Positions 50,141 through 58,974 of a DNA stretch of 64,000 nt are shown in pieces (position 1 is the first letter of the stretch; each line of letters begins with the position of its first letter). Origin of the DNA: Thermoanaerobaculia bacterium. GTDB taxonomy: Bacteria > Acidobacteriota > Thermoanaerobaculia > Gp7-AA8. The position numbers and the translations under genes are program-made. The notes under the pieces were generated by a model. It had not been told where the DNA came from and ran no database searches. It was given only the letters and a program-made list of their open reading frames with translations. The DNA lies in NCBI GenBank assembly GCA_035255945.1, contig DATEZA010000123.1, positions 11,627-75,626 of the forward strand, given 5' to 3'.

Positions 50141-52819
50141 TCAGCGCCTCTTCGCGGCCGGGATCACGTTGACTGTCGCGCTCCCGCTAGTCCTGCTGGA
50201 ATCGTTCTCGATCATGATGGTGTAGGTCGTGGTTTGCCGAGGTGAGAGGCGCAACTGTCCTTGCAAAGGAACTGCGCCCACATCTGGCGTGATGACCACA
50301 CGCGTGGCATCGAATGAGTTCCATTGCAGGAGTATCTGTTCGCCGCGTTGGATCGTGTCGGGAGTCACGATGATGGATCCTGAGACAGGTTTCGAGGCTG
50401 GCGCAGCGACAACGAGTGTTGCGGTACCTTGTGCATGATCCTGTCCGTTCGACACGGTTATTGTGTACGTCGTCGTCTCTAGGGGCGATACGTCAACTTG
50501 GCCTGATGGTGCAACGAATCCAATTCCTGGTGTGATTTTGATTCGCGTAGCGTTGATACTTTTCCAGTCGAGATGAGCTGATTGGCCTGGCGCAATCGAA
50601 GCAGGTGAGACGCTCATTATTGCCGCCGGCGCCGCGTTTTGTGGAGCCACGCTGGCTTGCTGCCCTACGACCTGTGGTCGTTGGACGTCGAGCGTCACAG
50701 ACGCTTTCGCCGGACGACCGCTTGCGCTCCAGCCTTGGAGGGTATACGTCGTCGTTTGTGTCGGTGCGACGGTGATCTTGCCGCGTGGCTCGACCGTGCC
50801 AACGAGCGGGTTGAGTGCCAGCGTGGTCGTATCAATCGACGACCAATCGAGGTGCGCTGTCTCTCCGCGCCTGATGATCCCAGGCGTGACGCCCATTTCC
50901 AAAGCCGCCGCCGCGTCTCGTGTCAGGAGATGCACGATGGCCTTTCCGTACACCTCGCCAGATGGCGTACCGTCAGCGTTCGGGGCGTTTCGTGCCTCGA
51001 CCTTGACGAGGAAGCTCTTGCCGGCCGCGAATAGTTCTAGCGGAAGGGTGACGGTACCTTCGCGGGGGCCCACGCTTGGTGCCTTCGTGAACACGTTTCT
51101 TCCATTGATCGAGATGGTCCCGCCGTCATCCAGGGTGTAGTTCAGCCTTGCCTGCGTAACCGTGCGGTGTGCCGGTACGGAGCAGGACGTCGAGTCCGAT
51201 GTCAGTATCCCTACTCCTGCCTGTGTCTCAGCAGTGCAGGCCACGGCAAGGCCTGGAGGCGCAACTATCCCCGTGGGAGTAGCGGCGGGTTCGACGTGTA
51301 CCGTTGCGGATGCCTGCGCGCTGTCGCCGGTATCGTTGCTGATGGTCATCGTGTACGTCGTCGTGGCGCGTGGTGTGACTTGGATCCTGCCGTGTAGGGG
51401 GACGATGCCGATGCTTGGCGTGATCACCACATGCGTCGCGCCAAAGGAGTTCCATCGCAGTTCCGGAACCGTTCCGTTGCGACTGATGGTGTCAGGCGAC
51501 GCGATGAGCGATCCTGTTACCGGGGCGACCTCGTAGTCGGCCGGTCGGTTCGTGACGGTGACCATTACTGCGCCGCGTGCGATGACACCGTCGGCGTTCG
51601 TCGACACGATTTCATACGTTGTCGTAGCGCGTGGAGAGACGTCGATGCTGCCCGTCGGACCGACGATGCCGATGTTCGGGCTGATGACGACATCCACGGC
51701 GTCGGTAGATGACCACGTGAGCTTGGCGGACCCTCCGAAGGTGATGGTGCCGGGTGATGCCGTCAGGCCACACGCCGGGAGGTGTTGCGTCGTTGCCGTG
51801 GCCGGTGCCGTGTGGAACCGCGGGGGTGCTACACGAGGTCGTCGCTCTTGGTGTAACGTGATCGCGCCTGCCAGTAAGAGCGTTACCAGCAACGCCATCA
51901 GCAGCGAGCGGCGCGGAAAAGCTGGTGGCGGCACAACGTCGCCATCGGTGACCTTAACCGTCGTCGCATCCTGAGTGATGGCTGGGGCGACGGTCGCTTT
52001 GGCGCTTCGGGCTGGTGGTAGTTCTCGGAGGGCCCGTCCAATATCAGCAGCAGAGTCGTATCGCTTGCGGGGTTCTTTTTGCAAGCAGCGAGCGACGATG
52101 TCGCCGACAGGCTCGCGAAGGGGGGCAGGGAATTCACAATTGATAGCGTGGATCGTGTGATATGGCGTTGCGCGATGAAACGGATGGCGTCCGGTAAGCG
52201 CTTCATAGAGGACGATACCGAATGAAAAAATATCCGTACGGTAATCGACTTTTTTCGAGGCGTCCGTTTGTTCGGGCGAGAGGTAGTCAATTGTTCCTAC
52301 AATCGTGTTTGTCGTCGTAATCGTCGCGCCTTCGGTTCTTGCCAGTCCGAAGTCGACGATGCGCGCGCGGTCGTCCGTCCCGATCATGATGTTCGCGGGT
52401 TTCAGATCGCGATGCATGAACCCCTTGCGGTGGAGTTCCTCAAGCCCATCGGCGACCTCACTCATCCAGCGGACGAGTTGGTCGTTGCTTGCCTTGCCGA
52501 TGTGGTCGCGCAACGTCGTCCCGTCGATGAACTCCATGACGAGGTAGGGACGCTCGTGACCATCGTGCAGAAAGGCGCCAACGTCGTATACGCTGACGAC
52601 GTTCGGATGCTTGAAGGCCGCTCCGGCTTGTCCTTCGCGAACAAATCGTTGGATATCGTGGGGCGTGGTGCCCAAGAGGAGCTTGATCGCAACATCGCGC
52701 TGGAGTTCGGCGTCTCTTGCTCGGTATACCTCGCCCATACCACCGGCGGGCAAGACATCGGTGATCTCAAAACGACCGTCGAGGCGCTCGCCGATCCGAA
52801 GCGTAGGAGTCTTGTCCAT
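50141..52819 (-). CDS. receptor-type Hanks Ser/Thr kinase with five extracellular Ig-like repeats
   Basis: Kinase motifs GGMGEVY, VAIK, HRDLKPAN, DFGLAR, SPE. One TM segment (LLMALLVTLLLAGAI). Five ~75-90-aa repeats with consensus SP..I..G.SA.L.W.S..AT.V.I.P.IG.V...G...VSP..TTTYT, plus one unrelated central domain. Confidence 0.88.
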   Translation of the reverse strand: MDKTPTLRIGERLDGRFEITDVLPAGGMGEVYRARDAELQRDVAIKLLLGTTPHDIQRFVREGQAGAAFKHPNVVSVYDVGAFLHDGHERPYLVMEFIDGTTLRDHIGKASNDQLVRWMSEVADGLEELHRKGFMHRDLKPANIMIGTDDRARIVDFGLARTEGATITTTNTIVGTIDYLSPEQTDASKKVDYRTDIFSFGIVLYEALTGRHPFHRATPYHTIHAINCEFPAPLREPVGDIVARCLQKEPRKRYDSAADIGRALRELPPARSAKATVAPAITQDATTVKVTDGDVVPPPAFPRRSLLMALLVTLLLAGAITLHQERRPRVAPPRFHTAPATATTQHLPACGLTASPGTITFGGSAKLTWSSTDAVDVVISPNIGIVGPTGSIDVSPRATTTYEIVSTNADGVIARGAVMVTVTNRPADYEVAPVTGSLIASPDTISRNGTVPELRWNSFGATHVVITPSIGIVPLHGRIQVTPRATTTYTMTISNDTGDSAQASATVHVEPAATPTGIVAPPGLAVACTAETQAGVGILTSDSTSCSVPAHRTVTQARLNYTLDDGGTISINGRNVFTKAPSVGPREGTVTLPLELFAAGKSFLVKVEARNAPNADGTPSGEVYGKAIVHLLTRDAAAALEMGVTPGIIRRGETAHLDWSSIDTTTLALNPLVGTVEPRGKITVAPTQTTTYTLQGWSASGRPAKASVTLDVQRPQVVGQQASVAPQNAAPAAIMSVSPASIAPGQSAHLDWKSINATRIKITPGIGFVAPSGQVDVSPLETTTYTITVSNGQDHAQGTATLVVAAPASKPVSGSIIVTPDTIQRGEQILLQWNSFDATRVVITPDVGAVPLQGQLRLSPRQTTTYTIMIENDSSRTSGSATVNVIPAAKRR

Positions 52820-53011
52820 AGAGGAGCGCGAGGGATCCTACCGGAAATCCTGCACTCCGGCACTGCGGAATGCGGATCTTCGCACTTGGTAGCTGACGCG
52901 TAACCCAGGCTACGGTCAGTGTCGCCCCGTCACAGCCGCGTTCGTGGAAACCGATCAGACGAGCGCCTGTAAAACGGCGTCCAGCGCCTCGGCACTAGCG
53001 ATGCCGCGCGG

Positions 53012-53395
53012 TTGCTCGGCATGACGCGCGGCCGACTGGAACGCGAAGCGCGACGCGACCAGGAAGACGCGTACCGCATCAACGGCCGCTGGCGCTTCAC
53101 GTGGCGACAGGTCGCCTACCTCGCGCTGCGGCAGTGGTCGCTCGCGCACCTTCACGAGGCGCTCGGAACGGACGCAGCGAGCGTTCTGCCGTCGCTGCTC
53201 GCGTTGCGCACGATTTCCGTTCGGCTACCCGAGTACCTCGTGCGGGCCATTGAACACTCGGCCGTAAGCGACGACACCACGATGGACGACTGGCTGCACC
53301 ATGAGTTGGTCGACTTCGCCGGCACCGTGGTTGATCAGATGGAGCGCGTTGCGCCTGGTTTTCGTCGCGCGTACATCTTTCCGGGCAACGAGTAG
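53012..53395 (+). CDS. excisionase-type HTH protein (N-terminally compromised)
   Basis: Open frame from 52973 reads GTSDAARLLGMTRGRL...AYRINGRWRF (HTH_17-like). The first possible starts (TTG 53012, ATG 53021) lie inside the HTH. An in-frame TAA is at 52970. Confidence 0.5.
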   Translation: MLGMTRGRLEREARRDQEDAYRINGRWRFTWRQVAYLALRQWSLAHLHEALGTDAASVLPSLLALRTISVRLPEYLVRAIEHSAVSDDTTMDDWLHHELVDFAGTVVDQMERVAPGFRRAYIFPGNE

Positions 53396-53543
53396 CCGCG
53401 CGCCGTCACCGAATCTACTCTAAGTAGAATTGGCTGCGCACGTGATCCACTGCGTGTGGACGGGCGAACTTCACCTCGTCGAGTTGGCGTCCTACCAGCT
53501 AAATTTATGTAGAACATGCGCATCACGCGCATGGAGGAACTAC

Positions 53544-56500
53544 ATGCCTGAACCCCAAGGACGAATCGCGAGCCCCGCGTCGTCCGGCGGCGAAGGGACG
53601 TACTTCGAGCAGCACACGAACGCCTACTGGCTCGCTCTACTGCTTGTGGACGCAATCCCTCCGATGGCGCTGGACGGCACGATCTCCAAGGTCAGCTTTC
53701 AGACGGAGCATCTCGGCTGGTCAACTGACGACGTGCTCGTCACGAGTCGCACGAGCACCAGCGACATCCGGCAACTCGCCTGTCAGGTGAAGAAGTCGCT
53801 GACGATTGGTGCCGACGATGCTGAGTTCTCCGGCACGATCATCGATGCCTGGAAGGACTTCTCCAACGCGACCGTGTTTCGCGAGAACATCGACGCGCTC
53901 GCGCTCATCACGCAGCTCGGAACGAATGTGGTGCTGCGCGACTTTGCAGCACTCCTTGACTGCGCACGTGGGTCCTCAACCATCGCGGATTTCGAGCACC
54001 GCCTCGGGACTCCCGGATTCGTCAACGCACGAGTCCGCACCCACGCTACCGTCATCGAGGAGATTCTCCAGACCCACGAAGGAGGAGCCGTCGACCGCGA
54101 GCGCATGTGGGCGTTTCTCCGACACCTGTACGTCCTCAGCCTCGACCTGAACACCGCGACATCGCAGACTGCAGCGCACGTACAAACACTGCTCGCCCAC
54201 ACCGCGACGGAGAAGGACCGCCTCGCAGCTGCCGCGGCAACTTGGAATGAACTCCTCGCCGAAGTCTCGCACGGCGCGCCCGAGGCGCACGAGTACGAGC
54301 GCACCTCGCTACCGGCATCGGTTCTCGCCCGACACGCGCCGCTCTCAACAGCCGATCGGCGCGCCCTTGATCGTCTCGCGCATCACTCACGCGTGATCCT
54401 CGACGGTATCCGTACCACGATCGGCGACGAGCTGCATCTGCCACGCACGAAGGTCCTGACGCAGCTGATCGAGCAAATGGAACGTTCGCGCGTGCTTCTC
54501 GTGGCCGGAGCAGCGGGTAGCGGCAAGTCTGCCGTCGTGAAAGAGGCCGCGGAGGTGCTCGCGCGTGATCACTTCGTGTTTGCGTTCCGCGCCGAAGAAC
54601 TGGCGCAACCGCACTTCGACACTACGCTGACAACCATAGGCGTCATGCTGAGCGCCGAAGAACTCTCTGGCGTCCTCGCCGGCCAAGCTCGAAAAGTGCT
54701 CATCATCGAAAGCGTCGAGCGACTCCTCGAAACGACCTTTCGCGACGCATTCACTGACCTCCTTCGCTTCGCACGAAAAGATCCCACCTGGCGCCTGATT
54801 CTCACGTGTCGCGACTACTCAATCGAATTGCTGCGTGCGGCGTTCCTCCATGCTGCGGCGACACCCCACGACACCCTCCACATCCCTCCGCTCGACGACG
54901 ACGAAATCGCAGACGTTGGGGCACACGCGCCGATACTTCGTCGCCTGTTGGAAAGCAGCCGCCTGCGCAAGCTACTGGGCAACCCGTACGTCCTGAACAT
55001 CGCCGTTCGAACGCCTTGGCGAGAGGATGATCGCCTACCGGAATCAGAGCGTGACTTCCGCGGGCACTTCTGGCGGTCAAGGGTGCGTGCAGAAGAGCGA
55101 CGCGAGGGTGGCCTGCCACAGCGGCGCGCCGATGCGTTCATGCAGATCTGTGCGCGCCGCGCGCAAGCGCTGAAGCTCTTCGCGCCGATCTCTGGCCTCG
55201 ACGCGGAGGCCGTCACGGAGTTGGAGAACGACAGCCTCGTCGTGTCGTCTCCCGAGAATCGCGCGCTCGCTGCACCCGCGCACGATGTACTCGAGGACTG
55301 GGGCGTTCTTGAATGGATCGAGCACCTGTATCAGCAGGCAAATGACTCGGTGGAGGAGTTCGCGCGCACCCTCGGAGACTACCCTGCGGTGCGGCGCACG
55401 TACCGCACGTGGATCAGTGAACTCCTGGAGCGCGATCCCGTCACCGCGGACGCGTTCTTCGACGCTGTCGTCACGGACGAAGCGCTCCCGCAACACTTTC
55501 GTGATGACACGATTCTCGCGTTTCTCCGCTCAACCCACGCGCCAGCGCTCCTGACGCGACACGCAACGCGGCTGGTCGAGAACGATAAGCGTTTGTTGAG
55601 GCGCATCGTGCACCTCTTGCGCGTCGGCTGCGTGACGGTACCTGCGTGGCTTCCATCGCCAACCGCATCAAGCATTCTTGCCTATCCCGAAGGGGAAGCA
55701 TGGCCGACCGTGCTCGCGATCGTTCGCGATCATCTGCCGTTGTTCGATGAGCGAGATCGACAACTCCTTCTCGGGTTCGTGGAGGATTGGGCGAAAGGCG
55801 TGAACTGGCAGGTGCAGTATCCGGCGGGTCATGAAGCCGCCGCCGCCATCACGCTGTGGCTCATCCCTCGCTGCGACGGTTACCTGTCCGAGGATCTTCT
55901 GAAGCGCGCGCTGAAGGTACTCGTGAAGATCCCCGCATCTGATGCAGCGGCGTTTGCCAGTGTTCTTCGAGGGCATGCTGGCGAGGAACGTGACCGCACG
56001 GCGGAAGAACTCCAAGAGCTCGTGTTCGACGGGATGGAGGGAAATGCGGTCGCTCGCGATCTGCCGGATCTCCTCATCGAAGTCGGCAAAGCATACTTTC
56101 TCGCCCCGCCAGAAGACCTGGACAATCCCTACGGGTACTCGCTCGGCGTTGAGCTGTTTTTCGGCATCAACGAGTCGCGCGGCCACGGTCACTTCCCGCC
56201 CAGCGTTTGGCGCGGCCCGTTCCGACCGCTGCTCCAGCATCACTGGAAGAAGGGTCGTGATTTCATCGTGGACTTGCTCAACTACAGTGCCGAATGGTAC
56301 GGCCAAGGCCTCGGCCCCGATCGCGACATCGAGCCAGCATTCGAGATCACGCTGATGTTCGCGGACGGCACGCGGAAGAAGCAGTGGGCGAATGCGCGAC
56401 TCTGGCAGCTGTATCGCGGGACATCAGTCACGCCCTACCCGCTGCAGTCGGCGGCGATGGCGCTTGAAGCGTTTCTCTTTGAAGTGGCGAAGCAGGATGT

Positions 56501-56966
56501 GAACCTCCTCGATCCCGTGCTGCTGCAGTTGCTGCGGGCCAGCACGTCCGTGTCCGTGACTGCGATTGTCGCGAGCCTCGCGGTCGCCTACCCGCGATCG
56601 TGCGGCGAAACACTGCTCGTGCTGCTCTCCAGTCCCGAGTGCATACGACTGGACCGCGCGCGCATGGGAACGACGGGTCAGGTTCCCCGTATTCACGGCT
56701 CCCGCAGCACGATACTTGGGGTGAAATCTTCGCGAAGGAGCGCACGGAGGCCGACGCGCAGCAGCATCGCCAGCAGGATCTCGAAGCCGCAATTACGCAA
56801 CTGCAGGCGAGCGCGTACGGGCCTCGCGTGTGTGAAGCAATCGACAACCACCGGGCGGCGATCCCGGCCACGACCGAACAGACGGAAGAGCATCGCCTCT
56901 GGCGACTCGCGCTGCATCGTATGGACCTGCGCAACTACGTGCCCGCCGAAAAGACGGCAGCCATGA
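53544..56966 (+). CDS. NACHT/STAND-like P-loop NTPase with nuclease-like N-terminal domain (N-terminal ORF of a frameshifted gene)
   Basis: GGAGG 6 nt before ATG 53544. E..DD..QVK signature (53706-53792). Walker A GAAGSGKS (54507-54530), Walker B-like KVLIIES, LILTCR sensor motif, then helical repeats. Beyond about 56690 the frame turns into Arg/Ser-rich nonsense. Confidence 0.75.
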   Translation: MPEPQGRIASPASSGGEGTYFEQHTNAYWLALLLVDAIPPMALDGTISKVSFQTEHLGWSTDDVLVTSRTSTSDIRQLACQVKKSLTIGADDAEFSGTIIDAWKDFSNATVFRENIDALALITQLGTNVVLRDFAALLDCARGSSTIADFEHRLGTPGFVNARVRTHATVIEEILQTHEGGAVDRERMWAFLRHLYVLSLDLNTATSQTAAHVQTLLAHTATEKDRLAAAAATWNELLAEVSHGAPEAHEYERTSLPASVLARHAPLSTADRRALDRLAHHSRVILDGIRTTIGDELHLPRTKVLTQLIEQMERSRVLLVAGAAGSGKSAVVKEAAEVLARDHFVFAFRAEELAQPHFDTTLTTIGVMLSAEELSGVLAGQARKVLIIESVERLLETTFRDAFTDLLRFARKDPTWRLILTCRDYSIELLRAAFLHAAATPHDTLHIPPLDDDEIADVGAHAPILRRLLESSRLRKLLGNPYVLNIAVRTPWREDDRLPESERDFRGHFWRSRVRAEERREGGLPQRRADAFMQICARRAQALKLFAPISGLDAEAVTELENDSLVVSSPENRALAAPAHDVLEDWGVLEWIEHLYQQANDSVEEFARTLGDYPAVRRTYRTWISELLERDPVTADAFFDAVVTDEALPQHFRDDTILAFLRSTHAPALLTRHATRLVENDKRLLRRIVHLLRVGCVTVPAWLPSPTASSILAYPEGEAWPTVLAIVRDHLPLFDERDRQLLLGFVEDWAKGVNWQVQYPAGHEAAAAITLWLIPRCDGYLSEDLLKRALKVLVKIPASDAAAFASVLRGHAGEERDRTAEELQELVFDGMEGNAVARDLPDLLIEVGKAYFLAPPEDLDNPYGYSLGVELFFGINESRGHGHFPPSVWRGPFRPLLQHHWKKGRDFIVDLLNYSAEWYGQGLGPDRDIEPAFEITLMFADGTRKKQWANARLWQLYRGTSVTPYPLQSAAMALEAFLFEVAKQDVNLLDPVLLQLLRASTSVSVTAIVASLAVAYPRSCGETLLVLLSSPECIRLDRARMGTTGQVPRIHGSRSTILGVKSSRRSARRPTRSSIASRISKPQLRNCRRARTGLACVKQSTTTGRRSRPRPNRRKSIASGDSRCIVWTCATTCPPKRRQP

Positions 56967-58636
56967 AAGACACCGTGCCCGCGAACTGCATCGTCATCAC
57001 CCCAGCCGCTCCTGAGACGGACTTGCAGGAAATGATGGAGGAGAGTTCGACACGCCACGCGCGCGTGAGCGAGCGCATCGGCAACCAGATGTGGGGCATC
57101 AAGATGTTCGAGCGCGATCCCGGCACCTACGATCCGGCGGAGTGGCGCAGCCGGCTCGCCGCAGTTCGAGCAGGCGAGGCAGCCGCTGATGTTCCTGCGG
57201 ACGAGATGTTCTTTGGTGACGGTGCGGGAGTCACTGCCGCCGTGTGTGTCCGCGATCACTGGGAGGAGATGAACGAGGAGGAGCACACGTGGTGTGTGCG
57301 CCGCGTCTGCGATGAAATTGCGCGAACAGCGGATGACTGGTCTGAGACCCCTCAGATGCTTGGCCTGATGAACGGAGCCGTACCAGCGGCGACTGTCGTC
57401 CCACAGATCGTCATGCACGGGAAGCCCACAGATCGCGCAGCCGCGCTAGAAGCGCTCGCTGTGGCGCTAACGCATCCAAATCGTGAGGTGTACCTGGCCG
57501 CGGCTCGTGGAAGCCGGGAGCTTTGGAGTGAGCACCGCGACCTCGCATTGCGCTGCGTCCACGCGTTGCGCGTGCAAGCCATGACCTTCCAGCAGACCTT
57601 CGACGCAGAGCAGACCAAGCCGTACCGGAAACGTGCGGAGACCGGAAAACTTCGCAGCAAGGCGGCATCGATAGCGCGCAAGATCATCCGCGGGCGTCGT
57701 GCACTCACAGCAGACGATGTCTCGGCCTTCACGCTTGACGGATGGTTTACGGCCGACGCGAGCATCGCCATTCTCATCATGCTCTCGAACGCGCCAGAGG
57801 AGCGAACCACCTTCGACGCGTTCGCACAAGTAGCGACGACACTCGTGGCGTGGTGGGAGGCAGATCGACACGACCGGTCGCACCGGCGTGAGAGTCGCTC
57901 ACACGAGACTGAGTACGCCCTCAAGGAGCTGCTCGCCGAAGGACTCTTCCGCGTGCCGGAGAGCGACGCAGCGAAGATCCTCCAGCCACTCCTCGATGCC
58001 GTCGACACGCACGCGGACAAAGTCGCCGATATCCTCCACGACATCATCGTGCGTGAAGACCGAAACCGCTCGACCGCGCGGTTCTGGTTCCTCTGGAAGC
58101 TGTTTGCTAATCGAATCCGCACGGCCCGATGGCTTCCGAACATCGATGCGGACCATGCCTGGGGACGCCAACTCCTCGACCACGTACTCCTCTCCCGTGG
58201 CTGGAAGGACAGCACGCGGCACTGGACGAGCCTTGAAGGGTACGCGCAACACGTTCACAGCTTGTTCGAGCAACTCCCACTCTCGCGAGCGGCACTTCGT
58301 CGATATCTCGCCTTCCTGTACCACGTCGGAGAGCAGTCGCTCCCGGAGGCGTTTATCCGACTGCACGCGAAGCTGCGCCACGCAAATGCGCCGGAACTCC
58401 TCGGCGGAGGCGACAGCGCATTTGTACTTGAGTCGCTTTTGCTGCGGTACGTGTACGCGAAGCCGTTTGAGCTCAAACGCCGCCCCGACATGCGCGCGGC
58501 GGTCCTATTCCTCCTCGACGCGCTCGTAGAAACCGGTTCGTCCGCAGCGTTTCGAATGCGCGACGACTTCGTAACCCCACTCTCGGTGGCGAGCGAGCAA
58601 CATCAGCAAGCGCAACCTGAGCCGGTTAACGCGTAG
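56600..58636 (+). CDS. C-terminal helical-repeat part of the same NTPase (second ORF, frame +2)
   Basis: Sensible sequence only from about 56690 (SPYSRLPQHDTWGEIFAKERTEAD...). There is no plausible start near that point. Continues as an alpha-helical repeat-like sequence to 58636. Confidence 0.65.
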   Translation: MRRNTARAALQSRVHTTGPRAHGNDGSGSPYSRLPQHDTWGEIFAKERTEADAQQHRQQDLEAAITQLQASAYGPRVCEAIDNHRAAIPATTEQTEEHRLWRLALHRMDLRNYVPAEKTAAMKDTVPANCIVITPAAPETDLQEMMEESSTRHARVSERIGNQMWGIKMFERDPGTYDPAEWRSRLAAVRAGEAAADVPADEMFFGDGAGVTAAVCVRDHWEEMNEEEHTWCVRRVCDEIARTADDWSETPQMLGLMNGAVPAATVVPQIVMHGKPTDRAAALEALAVALTHPNREVYLAAARGSRELWSEHRDLALRCVHALRVQAMTFQQTFDAEQTKPYRKRAETGKLRSKAASIARKIIRGRRALTADDVSAFTLDGWFTADASIAILIMLSNAPEERTTFDAFAQVATTLVAWWEADRHDRSHRRESRSHETEYALKELLAEGLFRVPESDAAKILQPLLDAVDTHADKVADILHDIIVREDRNRSTARFWFLWKLFANRIRTARWLPNIDADHAWGRQLLDHVLLSRGWKDSTRHWTSLEGYAQHVHSLFEQLPLSRAALRRYLAFLYHVGEQSLPEAFIRLHAKLRHANAPELLGGGDSAFVLESLLLRYVYAKPFELKRRPDMRAAVLFLLDALVETGSSAAFRMRDDFVTPLSVASEQHQQAQPEPVNA

Positions 58637-58657
58637 ATCCGAAGGGGCGTCTTAGTC

Positions 58658-58678
58658 TAGTGTTCACCTAGTGTTCAC
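58658..58678 (+). promoter_or_regulatory. paired TAGTGTTCAC direct repeats (candidate arm sites, attR side)
   Basis: TAGTGTTCAC at 58658-58667 and 58669-58678, followed by TATCCTAGG x2 and AGGATGTCC/GGACATCC inverted motifs (58700-58770). Confidence 0.35.
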
Positions 58679-58782
58679 GCGGTCGCCGTACGGCTATCCT
58701 AGGCTGTCTTAGGATGTCCATGGTCGCTCGTAAAGCATTGAAACTACGTATATCCTAGGACATCCGCGGACCGGGACAGCTT

Positions 58783-58827
58783 TTCACACGGTGGGGGTCA
58801 ACGGTTCGAGTCCGTTAGCGCCTACCA
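58783..58827 (+). repeat. attR-like copy of the tRNA-Val 3' half
   Basis: TTCACACGGTGGGGGTCAACGGTTCGAGTCCGTTAGCGCCTACCA, identical to 49873-49917. Lacks the tRNA 5' half. Confidence 0.9.
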
Positions 58828-58845
58828 AAATGTAATTGCTTTCAG

Positions 58846-58883
58846 GGCCACGAGTTACATGACTCGTGGCCTTTCGTTTTTTT
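58846..58883 (+). terminator. rho-independent terminator (probable original tRNA-Val terminator)
   Basis: GGCCACGAGT-TACATG-ACTCGTGGCC followed by TTTCGTTTTTTT. Confidence 0.8.
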
Positions 58884-58974
58884 GTCCGAACCTCTGGCCA
58901 ATTTGCCTCTCAACTCTTCATAGAAGTCTTCAATGACTTAGCGGCGCCGCACTGTAGATATTCACCCGCGAAAG

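Larger units (their letters stand above)
49918..58827. mobile_element. putative tRNA-Val-integrated genomic island (no integrase)
   Basis: Exact 45-bp direct repeat 49873-49917 / 58783-58827 (the tRNA 3' half). Lower G+C inside (about 53% at 50461-50520). Accessory-type cargo. Confidence 0.6.

Noticed and set aside
56600-56966. An independent gene starting at GTG 56600 and overlapping the upstream ORF by 367 nt.
   Set aside because: The first ~30 codons of that ORF and the last ~90 codons of the upstream ORF are both low-complexity nonsense. A single frameshift near 56690-56720 explains both.
49918-58782. An integrase, transposase or other recombinase gene within the island.
   Set aside because: The three long ORFs account for nearly all the sequence, and none shows R..HxxR..Y or serine-recombinase motifs. 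The remaining ORF-track entries are antisense shadows.
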